Translations under genes and position numbers: made by a program
Shown here: in pieces, positions 21,501 to 34,016 of the stretch
How the letters are laid out: the number at the start of each line of letters is the position of its first letter
Position numbering within the stretch: the stretch's first letter is position 1
Source: Nitrospirales bacterium
GTDB taxonomy: Bacteria > Nitrospirota > Nitrospiria > Nitrospirales > UBA8639
DNA: 64,000 nt
Reading direction: 5' to 3'
Assembly (NCBI GenBank): GCA_965203295.1
Contig: CBDBCZ010000019.1
Span: 32,001 to 96,000 of the forward strand
The notes under the pieces: model-generated
What the model saw: the letters and a program-made list of their open reading frames with translations, nothing else
What the model was told of the DNA's origin: nothing
The model's database searches: none

Positions 21501-23552
21501 GCAGTCCCGGCCGCTCATTCGTTTGAAATTATCAGTACCTTGCAAGTACTGATCAACAGGATCATACCCTGCGTACTTTGCTCGATATTCAAATTCCTCA
21601 TGACCAAACTCAATTCCTGTGTCGAGAATATATATGTCCACTCCCTCACCATTACCAAATGCAGAGGCGTCATGATCTATTTGGACATGGGCTGGGCCCA
21701 GTCGATCTAGGTGCCATGGCAGCGCTGCACCCTCAACCAGATCTTCTTCTTCAATGTACTTGACTCGATCAAGTTTGAGTACCTGAGAAAGGACCAATTG
21801 TCTCAATGAATAAGTTCAGGTATATAGCTATAGCTAGCTAGATGCATATGACCGGGGTGGAGGATATTGAGTCACAGTCTGTTTTGGGGGTGACACCGTG
21901 TACATGTACCGCATTTTCGCGAATAGACGCCGCCCTCGATTAGTGGCCGCCCTCGAATTGTAGCCGCACCTCCGGAAGTGCTGAACGAAATAGTGGCCGC
22001 CCTCGATTAGTAGCCGCGGCTATATTCAAGTATCACGTGAACAACCTCGTGACAGCAAAATTATGTTTGTTTTTACAAGCGTAATAGAATAGCTAGCTAG
22101 CAGTCGTCTAAAACCACTTCGTTCTGCTCCAGCTCGTCCTCGCCTCTTCAAGATCTGCGAAGGGGTCCAAATCCTCGGTATCGGTAGTGAAGTCACTGGG
22201 AGAAGGAAACGCGGAAACGGATTGGAAGTGCCATGTACGTACCGCTTTGTAGCCAAGCGACGGCTAGTCAAGAAGCTTGAAGTTTTGCTTCAAAATCGAG
22301 TCACAGCATCGTGATTCGCGATATATATCTCAACTGGCTTTTCTCAAAGCCCTCATTTTTGCAAAAGAATTTGCCAATTCATGCTCAGTTTAATAAACGC
22401 CGCCCTCGATTATAGTCTGGCGAAGCCAGACCCGAGCGCGAAGCGCGAGGGTCTGGTACGAAGCCTATATCACGTTTTGTACTGCTGCAAAAAATATTGC
22501 AGTCCAATCAGATTGCAGGACGGCTAATTATAACATTCCGGTAAAGTCACGTGGACTAATCAGAGTTTTATAGCATACAGAGAGTATGGAGAGAGTACAT
22601 GTATCGTTTGAGACGCAGAAAGTGAGACGCCGCTAGAAGTGCAGCGAAGGAGCTTGGTTATCACGACCTGAAGCCTGAGCAATTGGCAGTTTTGTAGTGT
22701 GTTTGCCGTACTCCCAACGGGGTATGGGGAAAGCCTTTGCTTTGCATGCGTATCTTTTTTGTGTTTGACAAATTGCCTGAGTACGGGTGGAGAATACGGT
22801 TCCATTGCAGTAGTAGCGACTCCTTTGACAGCGATCACGAACATACACAATTTAACATAATCATATTCATTGTGGGTTATGTAACCGCAAACATTCCAGC
22901 GGTACAAAACGTGACATAGGCTCCGTACCAGACCCTCGCGCTTCGCGCTCGGGTCTGGCTTCGCCAGACTACCTCGATTAGTGGCCGCCCTCGAATAGTG
23001 GCCGCAGAAAATCGCGCGATGAAATAAATAGTAGCCGCGGCGTCTGATCGCGAAAATACGGTATATCATGCATGCATGTGGTCAGTTTGTCATTTAAAAC
23101 TAAGGTTGACTTTGGTGAAAAGTTTATAGGTGTAGTAGTATACTCACCCTTGAAGTTTTTGCTAAAGATCAGTACAGAAGTGGGCATGCATAGCTATCGC
23201 ATGCGCATTATTTTTTTTTCTCGCAACTACCTTGCTAAGATTTACCGCTCTACAGTTGTGCTGTACGGCTCACCTCTGCCAGAACATGCGCGGAGAGTTT
23301 GACAGTGACGGCCTTCTGAACGTTTTTCACAACTGCGTACAACTTTCTGTCAATAGAGAGGTCTTTAACTTGGGATACAATCCGCTCAAACTCTTCTGGC
23401 TCGGTGGTGTCTTCCAGAACAACGATATAACAGCCGGTAGTTGAAGCTTCTCTAGGGGAGCGAATTACAGGCTTACTAGCACTCACAATCCCCACTCCAG
23501 TGAGGAGCGAGATACAAACTGCGAACAACAGCGTCTTTGCCTTTCGCTGCAT
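15568..23552 (-). CDS. Secreted S8A protease + CUB + 7 ILEI/PANDER-like repeats, ~1609 aa (paralog B)
   Basis: Exons 23552-23274, 21782-20852, 20689-20465, 20237-20091, 18815-15568; same intron positions and phases as paralog A (exon 2 is 931 nt in both). Triad YILDTG / HGTHVAS / TGSSQA; seven WxxIGxKG-ending units. Confidence 0.88.
16113..17011. repeat. Recent intragenic tandem duplication (444-bp period) of one ILEI-like unit
   Basis: Near-identical DNA; the peptide GYQIIAKSAGYL(I/V)GNYWEISVDGTVITTPGVTSRGMNV...EVASNTAAVE occurs twice. Confidence 0.92.
19657..19940 (+). repeat. Dispersed repeat family B, copy 1 (possibly Helentron/HINE-like)
   Basis: Aligns by eye with 25041-25308 (gcatgg..cacttacaggactat..gctcgaagt..atttgaggccatca; ends acggacagaa..ttaaag..tgataaa). 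A similar end occurs at ~62750-62785. Class assignment is inference. Confidence 0.6.
21907..23063. mobile_element. TA-flanked Tc1/mariner-type MITE with subterminal gccgccctcga repeats, hosting a nested element
   Basis: TIR taccg(c/t)attttcgcga..agacgccgc at both ends. Confidence 0.8.
22413..22971. mobile_element. Mutator-like MITE nested in the previous element
   Basis: ~70-bp TIR tagtctggcgaagccagacccgagcgcgaagcgcgagggtctggtacg...; perfect 9-bp TSD cctcgatta. Confidence 0.9.
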
Positions 23553-24037
23553 TGCGTTGTGAATACATACTGCGGACTAGACTGTCCGCTTATATATGTT
23601 GACATAATACATGTACCTTGCTGTGGACGTCATCGCTAATTAGTCTCGTTCCCAGCCCCACTATTTATTTTTAGGGAACGATTGACTAAACTAATCGCTA
23701 TTAATAATTTCACATGAACTGATGAAAAAAATCAGGTCGATGGTTTTAGCGTAAACAGGTACATGTAAATGATAATGGAATTTCTTGACGTAAAACTCTA
23801 CCCTTGCTATGCACGTCATCACGAATAACTTCACTGAACTGTTGAAAAGAGTCAAAAGCGAAAGGTCGATAAACAGGCGCATAGCTGACGTCGGCCTTTG
23901 ACCTTAGCCTCCGAAAAATATTTATTGGTAGGTGTGGCCTGGGTACGAGGTTCCACCTCCCTAGCGGATGTACGTGGGTGGACCGAAGAATTAAAGAAGG
24001 CGGGGCTAATTGAGGTCAAAGTTCTGGACTCTAGAAA

Positions 24038-27000
24038 ATGAAGGTTGCTCTTTTTATAGTTGTAGTTGCCGCTCTAGGCGGCCTCTCTGCTGGGCACGAA
24101 TACTTCCATCCCTTCGACTTTCTCCGTCACGAGAGGGCCCAGATCAAATGGGGTGAGTAAAGACTCGTGTCTAGCTAGCTATCCCCAACTGTAGTATCTC
24201 TAGCTAGACCCACATTTATCAAGGGTGCAAGCGATCCTTAGCCTTGATAATTTGTGGGGCTGGGAACGAGACTTGGGTGAGTATTCCTATTAAACATAAT
24301 TTATAGTTTGTACTGAAGGAAAAGTCGAGGGCTTGTTGTCAGCACTGTAACTGAATAGTATGTAGAGTGATTACAAGTTGTATGAGCTATTTAGTCTCAC
24401 GTGGCCAGACTCTCGACCGGAAAGTTAGAGTCTGGGGAAATGCTTATACAGCGGTTGTAGCTCTGGAATGCTATGGTTATATAATAGTTAAGTGTGTGCA
24501 AACCACACTATCTCCTGTGGTTGCGGTTTGCACATAGCCCTGCCACTGCCATGGCTGAAGCCTTACTAAAGTGGCGCTGGTTAATTATACGTGACGTCAG
24601 GCGCGTTCTGCAATTTTATTGGATTGCATCGTACAATACAAAGTCTACAAATTCAATATTGGCATTTCCCCAAACTCTAACTTCCCGTCGAGAGTCTGGC
24701 CACGCGAGACTATGAACTATTGTGGAGTTGGCACTTTTGCTGGTTGGCACTTTTTTGTAAGAGTACACACACCTAGATATAGTTTCGTGGGCCAGATGAT
24801 TTTTGTGGGGGGAAAGTACGTCTGGTCACCTTAGCCACGTTTTTACAAGTATCACCGGAATGTGGGCGACACTAATCGGATTGCAGAGCATTTGACTATT
24901 ACAAAGCTCTTCTGTATTAGTCACACGACCGCCTGTCTTTTTCAAACGAGATATTCTCAAAGATGGATGAGAAGAAAGTTGCGAGTCAGCTAGGTTATTC
25001 TAGGCTTCGGCCGAACCATCTGCATGTGTACTATATCTCAGCATGGCTTTCACTTACAGGACTATGTAGCCATTCACCTTTGTGTTAAAGTGTGCTCGAA
25101 GTGCTCATTTGAGGCCATCAAAATAGGTCGTCAGATCCAGCATCAAAGTGCATACTTATAATATGATGTCAGTGATGCGGCAGTAGTGTACTTGTCTGAA
25201 TCCCCACGTCTCGCGCTTATTCTCGATCTTGCACAATCGCGCCTCGTTAATTCGTGGACGTTGCATGCAGACAGACGGACAGAAGTATCATTAAAGATGA
25301 TGATAAAAATCCATCCTCTCTCTCCCAGAGGATGACATCGTCCTGAAGGTGAACGTCACTCTGCTGAATCAATCTGGAGACTGGCTGGCTGTCTCGTGGG
25401 AGGGTGTGCCACATCCCAGCGACTCCGACTGGATCGGGGTCTACTCTCCCCCCGTCCACGGGGGAATCGACCCAAAGAACCACGCCCCTGTCAAGTATCA
25501 GGTCAGTGTCTGGGCTAGCGAAGGATTTTGATGAATTGTTCTGATTGAATGCAGCATGGGCAAGAGGTTATAATGTCACAAGTAAGGCCAGGAAGGCCTA
25601 CATGTATAGGCCAGATCTTGGACGTGATAATTCAGTTTAGGGACAGACGGTCAGCTCTGGTATAGAAACTCTGGTTAACAAAATTGGCTAACAAATGGAT
25701 AAGGATTGGGTCCTGAGACGACATGATGAATGAAAACCTATCTGAAGAGTCCACTGAATGGAAAGAGGGATTCAAGATAGAACAGTGCTGATATTATTCA
25801 GAGATTCTCTCGGTTGGCTAGTAGAATTCATCGCGACGTTTCTTCAATTCCAACCCGAGGTTGAGCAGAAGTTCTTTAGTTGCCAAAGAACTTCTGCTGA
25901 ACTTCGGGTTGGAATTAAAGAAACTTCGCGATTAATAGAGAAGAGGCTTTCATCAACTCCATGTACTTACACTGCACTTTGCTTCTCTATCTGTATGAAC
26001 ACATATATGTATCCAGAGCCTGTGTAGCCCCAGCCTCTGCTGTAATAAGGACTGTAGAGAATTCTAAGTGACTTATATATTATGATAATTTTGTTGTATT
26101 ACAGTATGCTAAATATAGCCCCACCCATCTGAAAGAGGGGCGGGGCTCGTTGAACTTTAGGCTGGTGAACATGAGAGATGACATCATCATGGGCTTCTTG
26201 AGAGGAGGTGAGTGGTGTCATGTGACTTCTGGCATCTAACATTCACGTGACTTGTACCATAGATAATATAACCTATGCTTGTACACAGCAAAATTTACAT
26301 TCTCCATTCCACGATGCTCAGGTTTTGATCATCCGGTTTTGGCTGCAGTCAGCGGCACAGTCCAATTCCGGAACCGGAATGAACCACTGCAGGGGCACCT
26401 GGCCCTGACTGAGGACCCCTCTGAGATGATGTCAGTGGATTTTGCTATCCTCTTAACCCCTATTTTTTTTTTGCTTGCAGAAAGAAATGCGCTTCCGCTT
26501 TTTCTTCCTGCAAGTAAATGGGATGGCTGGGCACAAGGCTAGAGATTTTACTATACATTATCATTGTGTTCTGTTTGTCTCGTTTTTGTACGTACTATGA
26601 GTCCTAGCAACACTCCTCTCCCATTCTAGCTTGGTGTGGGTCACTCGCAATGCCTCCAGCCCTCAGGTGAAGTGGGGTACGAAGAGTGGAACGTACAGCT
26701 TCAGCAAACAGGTAACAAACATGGACCTCTCCTCTTACTTTCGTCCCCTGGTTCCATAGTCTCGTGCCCAGCCCCACGTTAGGAAGGTGGGTCTGGCTCC
26801 CCGTATATTCAAAGTTGGGGCAGCATTACGTCAGCGGTCCCAGATCTGGACCGGCAATGTGATTGGTTACTTATAGTATTACATCACTAAACGGTTGCAG
26901 TATCCGGATATCTACACGAATGGCCACGTGGACACTATCCGTTTGGTGATGTAATATGATGTAACGCTAACCCAACTTTGAATATACGGGGAGCCAGACC

Positions 27001-30000
27001 CACTTTCTAACGTGGGGCTGGGCACGAGACTACTGGTTCCATGGAGGGAATGTAGGAGGGGTGGGTCAGGGGCGGGGCATAGCTACCCCTTAATCAGCAA
27101 GTACTCAGTGTGTACAGTGGGACCCCCTCTATTCTGGATCCCTAAACTCTATAATTTAAGGATCTCTATGTATAAAGTCCCAAACATATTTTCTTAGTGT
27201 AAAGTAGCCCCTGAAATGAGACACCTCTCTAAACCGGATGCTTTTATGCTATCTTGACAACCTCAAAGTTGCATGATGGTGGAGCTGCCAAGAGTTAGTG
27301 TGGCTTCACAATAAGGCTAGAGGGGCCCAGATGGCTGGCTGTATATACACTGCCTCTTTTGTGTATTCCTAAATGTGGATGACCCAGCCAGTGTGACATC
27401 CTTCTACAACATCAGAGGCAGGGGTCAGAAGAAATTGTTAGTTTTACGATCTCCTTCCCAGGCCAACAGCAGCTCTTACACTGCTAAGGACATGTGTGGA
27501 TCTCCGGCTGTTGATTTTGGCTATCGAGACACTGGCCTACTGCATCAGGTCACCATTGACAAGTGAGTTGGAGTCGAATGTCTGTACAACCGATTGATTC
27601 AAGTTTTGCTCAGAATTAGTGCCGTACTGTTGTACATTAGACCAACTTGAACCGTGCTTTCGTAGAGTGATTATAAACATGCAATTGCAAGTAACTGAGC
27701 AACAACAGCAAGCAAAACAAGTTCAACTATTTTTATTAAGGAATTAAAATTTGAAATACCAAACTCTAATGTTATATGGTTGTATCTGACAATTCAGACT
27801 TGCAGGTTTATAGACTCTGACCCTTTAAACAAATAGTGGACTGGGTAACATGAGTAAGTACATGGATCTATTGGCCAAGGTACAGCAAGTTAGCTGTACA
27901 TTGTTTCTCCCTCTAGACTTGTCCCAGGTACTCAGTACTACTATGTCTTTGGAGACACTTACGGGTGGAGTCAAGAGCACAGCTTCAGAGCTACTCCCAA
28001 ACCTGGGCCTGGCGTTACTTCAAGGATTATTGCTTACGGAGGTAGGGAGAGGAGGAGGAGAGAGAGAGAGCGGTGGATTACTGAAGGCTGATACTTTCCA
28101 GATCATGAAGAGAATTGTTACATCTACTAGCCTACGAGCAACATCCGTAGCTCTTTTGGTGGGCCTAGGAAACCTCACAACCACTTTGAACACAGGGAGG
28201 GGCTATATACAGGATTTAGACAAGACAGATCTTTAAGTTAGTCTAACAAACTCTGTTTAAGTTTTGAAAGTAATTCTTAACCAAAGACTATCACTGCAAC
28301 CATAAGAAAGCCTCCGGTAAAATGTAGAGAAACACAGCCGTACCTAAGTTGATCACATGACTTTAGATACCCTAGCTGTTACTTTCCTTCATGCAACCGA
28401 AAAAGTCGCGGGCCTGGGAAAAAGGCTAACCAGCTCCTACCCCACAGCTTCGATAATCTACTGGAGTCCATAATCACGTGCTTTAAATTATATTTAGCTT
28501 CTCTGTCACACATACCTAATACACTAGACATGGGCAATGGCCAGCTGGATGACAGTAGACAGGTTGATGAGGCCCAGCAGCCAGCCCTCAACACCACGAG
28601 GCTTGTGACAAACGAAGTAAATCACACTGACCTCGTCCTCCACATCGGTGACATCAGTTACGCTAGGGGATATGCCAGTGTGGTGAGTCGGGAGTAGGCA
28701 TTGGTTACTTATTATAGCTTTTCTGCTCAGTCATGTGACTATCATTTTCTCTAATAGTGGGACGACTTCTTTGACGAAATCCAGCCAGTAGCCACTCGAG
28801 TACCTTACATGGTCTGCATTGGGAACCATGAGAGGGATTGGGCCCACAGTGGGTAAGAAATGGACCTCTAAGCCAGTAGCCACTCGAGTACCTTACATGG
28901 TCTGCATTGGGAACCACGAGAGGGATTGGGCCCACAGTGGGTAAGAAATGGACCTCTAAGCCAGTAGCCACTCGAGTACCTTACATGGTCTGTATTGGGA
29001 ACCACGAGAGGGATTGGGCCCACAGTGGGTAAGAAATGGACCTCTATCCATTGCAGTGTAATGCAGAATATATGTGAGCATACACTAGAATATACCTTAC
29101 ATGGTCTGCATTGGGAACCATGAGAGGGATTGGGCCCACAGTGGGTAAGAAATGGACCTCTATCCATTGCAGTGTAATGCAGAATAAAGTGAGCATACAC
29201 TAGAATATACCTTACATGGTCTGTATTGGGAACCATGAGAGGTATTGGGCCCACAGTGGGTAAGAAATGGACCTCTATCCATTGCACTGTGATGCAGAAT
29301 ATAAGTGAGCATACATGTACACTAGAATGTACTTTACTCCCTGCTCTTGCTGTTGTCCTCTGACTGGAGATCTTACAAGCTCCGTCTGCATATGTGGGTA
29401 CGTGGTCAATGGCGTAAATGCTATGGCAGCGACATGACTATTACTTGTACATTAACGATGTGACTGTAGTTTCTGTAGCCCAGCACATAATGGAATAAAC
29501 TTTTACCGTAATGATATAACACAGCCATTGTTATACCAGTTACCGATAGGTGCAGTCATGGTGATGAAATACAAGATTTGATATATTTGTGACACTTGAG
29601 TATATTGTTACCCAGGAAGCGACAAAGCTCCATACTAGACTGATACACTGTATTTGCCTCTAATGCATCCATTAAGAGAGCGTGCTGGGTAAGTGAATAT
29701 ATTTCTCCAGATCCTACTACAACGGCACTGACTCGGGCGGAGAGTGTGGAGTGGCGTACGAGAGGAGGTTTCGCATGCCCAGGCCGTCACTGGACGAAGC
29801 CTGGTGCGTATATCAGCTAGTGCGTATTAGCCTACAGACTCTGAGAATATTGAGTCAATGTATTGGAATAGTCTAACCAGCCAACTCCAGCCTTGTTGCC
29901 CCATATAGCACTGTTTGCTTACAGTATCCCCACGGGAGGGGGGGGGAGGTGGTTGTCTTTGCCGGTGTGGATACTGTGTTTAAATGGTGCTGAGAATGAG

Positions 30001-31989
30001 GTTGTGGCTTTGTTTTTTGGGGAAATGAGGATATGGCTAGCTCAACAGGCCGCGATAAAGTTAGTCAGCTCTGCTGCTGGCCTGTTTGTTACACCTACAA
30101 AACAGTAGACTGACCCTACAGTTTTGTACTTCCAACTATGTAGGAGTTACAGACTCTACTGTACATGTTTTGTACTTCCAACTTACAGACTCTACTTCCA
30201 TGCAATTATGTAGAAGTAACAAATACTTGACAGTTTTAGTGCATCTCATTTCAGGTATGGGTTTGACTACGGCAGCGCTCACTTTGTCCTCATGAGCACG
30301 GAACACAATTTCCAGAAGGACTCAAACCAGTACCGGTTTCTCGACAGCCACCTCAAGAGTGTTGACCGCTCAGTAACACCCTGGCTCGTCTTCGCAGGAC
30401 ACAGGTTAGTGCATGGGCTTCACCGAACACTGGTAAGCTGGGCGAGAGACAGCTAGCTAATAGCTCATTGCTTGAATTAGCTTTGTCATGCATATCTACC
30501 TGATTATCTCGGTAAAGTAGACAGTAATATGGTTGCTGGATGCAACGTTTTTATTTTGGGCTGAATTTGGATCCGGCATCTGATGTAGCATATAGATGTC
30601 TGTACTCTAGAACAAGGGTTCCTCTATAATAATATCATCTAATGTTCCTTATTAACTTCAATGCTTGCTCCAACATCTGCAGACCAATGTACATTGACAG
30701 CACCAATGCCGATGTACCTGGCGGTGACCTGACTGTGGCATCGCTGCTGAGGGCAAATGTGGAACCTCTGCTCAAGGTAAGTAACACCACTGCAAGGTGC
30801 TTTATTGTGTGCAGCAGGCTTGAGGAATACTAATGGAAGGGCATTATTGTGTTTGTAGATTCAGATATTTGAAGGGCCGCGAACCAGAGTGGGCCAACAT
30901 TAAATACTGGAAATTGCATGAATCGTACAAAAATGAAGTAACCCTATGGGCATATGACCAAAAATGGTAAATCATAACCCCAGAAACACAATTTAAGAGT
31001 ATTATTCTCAAGATTGGGAGGGGGGGGGTTAAATTTTGTGGCTTAGACTACTCTGGTTCTCAGCCCTTTCTGTATTAGCTACATGTATAATAATGCTTTT
31101 TTCCCATACATACGTATATACTCTCCAGAAGGAATATGAAATATAGAATAAAAAAAGGAGAGACTGCTAGTATATCTGCAGACGGCTGTTTGGGCCTCAT
31201 CAGTACGGTGTAGCACCTGTGCTATATGTAGTCTGTGGAGGCTGGTCCAAAAACTAATTTTGTTCCACTGTGATCCCCTGTGTGATAGGAGTACAAAGTG
31301 GACCTGGCACTGTGGGGCCACCACCACTCCTACCAGAGGACTTGTCCCGTCTACAACGAAGTGTGCACCGAGGGGGCCACCACACACATTGTCATCGGAA
31401 TGGGAGGTCAGGGGCTCTCAAAAAATGTCAAGTAAGTGGGTGGATATAAATAACAGTTGTTGAGTGCAGCTTTCCCCTGCATGCCAAATACATGTACAAT
31501 ATAACATTTTTAGCCTAAAAAGTGAGTGGCCGTATGCATGCTTGATTCTGGATATATAGAACAGTTGTTGATTGCTACATCTCCAAGCTGTCCCCCTGCC
31601 AAATACAATATAGCATTGTTATCCCCCAAAAAAAATTCTGGAAGAAACACTGACTGGTTAACATTTCTGTGTTCTTCTTTTTATTTCAGGCCTGTTAAGC
31701 CAAGTTGGATTGATTTTCTTGATTATGAGGTATGGAGCTTCACAGCTATAGTGTTCACTACTGTATTGTTTGTAATCAAATAATTATGTGTGTGAGTTTG
31801 GCAATATGAGGTAGCTCACAGGGTTCACTACTGCATGATTTCTGATTTGCATTAATTTCATCGACCATGTTATCTCTCCTACAGCACTGGGGCTATTCGA
31901 GGTTTATGACTAATGCCACCACCCTCTTCTTTGAGTTTGTCAGGGACAATGATGGACTGGTGCATGACAGTGTGGTACTCAAGAAGTGA
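24038..31989 (+). CDS. Secreted purple acid phosphatase / metallophosphoesterase of the long plant-like PAP/NPP type; 15 exons
   Basis: Exons 24038-24152, 25329-25501, 26105-26207, 26322-26430, 26630-26711, 27462-27562, 27917-28041, 28528-28682, 28758-28852, 29711-29803, 30255-30404, 30683-30776, 31289-31431, 31690-31729, 31885-31989. Signal peptide; DWIGVYSP and RLVNMR N-domain; all metal motifs GDMG, GDISYA, GNHE, AGHRPMY, GHHHSY; also DSGGECG. Confidence 0.93.
24160..24274. mobile_element. Mutator-like mini-MITE inserted beside the PAP exon-1 donor
   Basis: Degenerate TIR aagactcgtgtctagc...gctgggaacgagactt; perfect 9-bp TSD gggtgagta at 24151-24159 and 24275-24283. Confidence 0.75.
24392..24712. 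mobile_element. Mutator-like MITE
   Basis: ~45-bp TIR tagtctc(a/g)cgtggccagactctcgac...; TSD tgagctatt/tgaactatt (8/9). Confidence 0.88.
25041..25308 (+). repeat. Dispersed repeat family B, copy 2
   Basis: Similar to 19657-19940. Confidence 0.6.
26757..27032. mobile_element. Mutator-like MITE
   Basis: ~63-bp TIR tagtctcgtgcccagccccacgttag...atattcaaagttggg; perfect 9-bp TSD ctggttcca. Confidence 0.92.
28783..29325 (+). repeat. Five tandem copies of the PAP GNHE-exon 3' half plus donor
   Basis: taccttacatggtctg(c/t)attgggaacca(t/c)gagagg.attgggcccacagtgg|gtaagaaatggacctcta x5; periods about 88 bp then about 117 bp. Confidence 0.92.
29366..29445 (+). repeat. Short dispersed repeat family C (second copy ~59958-60037)
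   Basis: ggagatcttacaagctccg.ctgc.tatgtgggt.cgtggtc.atggcgtaa shared between both sites. Confidence 0.75.
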
Positions 31990-32669
31990 TTTTTTTAAAA
32001 ATAGGTTTATTAGACTGACTGGGTAGTTGCTGTTTATGGCAATATAGCCATTGTCTCCGATATTCCCTGCTGTATATGCTTGCACAGTTTTAATTGAGTT
32101 TTTTTAACAGAAACTTTTGTGACTAGTGACTATTAAGACATTGTGGCATAAAGACTAATTTCATCAATATAGCCATTGTCTCCGATATTCCCTGCTGTAT
32201 GCTTGCACAGTTTTAATTAACAGAAAATTCTGTGAGTATTAAGACATTGTGGCATAAAGATTAATTACATCACTATGTAATGTAGACTTAGAAACAAGCA
32301 CAATAATTATGCATCTTAATACATTGCATGTACTGTGCATTCAATAGCAGCTAAAATGTATAATTTTCAAAAAGTGCATGGGCCTGCAAGCTTTGGTCTC
32401 TTCACAGTCTTCAGCGACACTGCGCTCACACAGGCTTCGGTCTGTGCAGCGGCACTGCGTTCTGCATGGGTCTATTAGACGAGTGGGCGGATCTCGTTGT
32501 ACGCGTGTCACGGGAACGACAATAGGGGTGGGGCTGGAAGTGCAACTGACGTAATCATAAACGCCCACGGATCGTCTATATAATAGTTTTGGCTCGAGCC
32601 TGGCTGGCGTTCCATTCAGCGCAGCTGGTCCTTTTGGAGAGAGAGAGGACAGCGCTCGCCGATTCTAAA

Positions 32670-33624
32670 ATGGGGAGCTGGCTGTCGGTAAGCCCATAGA
32701 TAATAATGTCTTAGCCCACTGACAGTACAAGTACCCATAGATAATGTGACTCCGGAGATTAATACTATCTATGATGTACCAAACGGGGGGGGGGGGGGGT
32801 TACCAACTCGGAAAAAGATAGAGTAAAATGCTGATTTCCGTATATGAATTTTCTTTCATCTGGCCATTTAGTGGGGCAGACAACGTGCACCCGCGCCTGC
32901 ACGTAAGGCTGAAGACCAGCAGCAAGAAGCGGTGGACATCCCTGTACAGGACCAACCACCAGTCAATGAACAAACCCATCCACATGGAAGAGTGCAGTAC
33001 ATGTTTGCGGAAGCACCAGTAGTGAGACTTCCTCGTGTAAGCCGATCACCACAAGCTCATGCCTTGGCACAACAGATTTTGGATGAGTACTTGGAGGTTG
33101 TGAATCAGAGAATAGCCATTAAAGATGCCCTGAAAGCCTTTACAGACCATCTTGGACTCCCTGAGGATGCGGAACTGACAGCGTGTTTAACAGCTTTGAA
33201 GGAGATGGCAGGAAGACGAGGGAAAATTCAGATTGAAAATGAGCTCGAGAGCTTGGCAATGCCACCCTTGCTAACCACTGGTGACACGGCATGGGAAAAT
33301 CTTGCCGGAGCTGGGCATTACGCTGTGACAAACTTTCAATCAGCGCTTGTTGACAGTTTCAACTTTCGTAGACAAGAGCAAGAAAAACTTAACACAGTAA
33401 GAACCAAACTGCAAGAGCTGGACAAATCATGCTATCAAAGCCAAACCCAAGAAGCTCAAGACCTGTTTGCCACTCTCAGGTGCATTCCCGAATACATTGA
33501 AGGTTTCATGGAAGAGATCAACAAGTTCCTTGAAGATGTTGAAATGGCTAAGCCTTGTCTAGAAGACCGTCCACCAACTGGACTCATCTACGTGCTAAAG
33601 CATGATGACAACTTGCCACTGTAA
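32670..33624 (+). CDS. Uncharacterised ~256-aa predicted helical protein with N-myristoylation motif (2 exons)
   Basis: 18-nt exon 32670-32687 (MGSWLS|gtaag) splices in frame to 32872-33624 (WGRQRAPAP...DDNLPL*); TATA-like tatataata at ~32577. No family recognised. Confidence 0.75.
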
Positions 33625-34016
33625 AGTCATGACTTATTTCAAATAAGCGATTCACCTGTATGTCTTCTGCGTCCATCCCCATAAGGGAGTACACTTGTGT
33701 CATTTTTCTTAGAATTCAAGTTTTTTTTTTTCATCAAAGTGATGGTGACCACAATGTGAGAGTAGGTGCAAATTTTTTTTTCGAGACCAGGCTCCTCCAT
33801 ACATGCGCGTGGAGGTATCCAGTCTGAGAAAAAAAAAAATTGCTAAGCAATCAAAAGTCGTATAGTTGCGGCTGCATGTACATGTACAATATCATGTTTA
33901 TGTGGGTTCGCAATCTTATTAAAGGTCAAGCCTGCGCGGGGCGCGTTCTTGGGGGGTTTCCAGGGGACTTACCCTCGCCGAGACTCGCCCCCATCGATCG
34001 ATACCGTTGCAGCAAA

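Noticed and set aside
23641..24274. Pack-MULE capturing the PAP promoter and exon 1 between inverted ends
   Set aside because: No shared TSD. Each end belongs to its own small element with its own TSD (atcgcta(a/t)t around 23641-23693; gggtgagta around 24160-24274).
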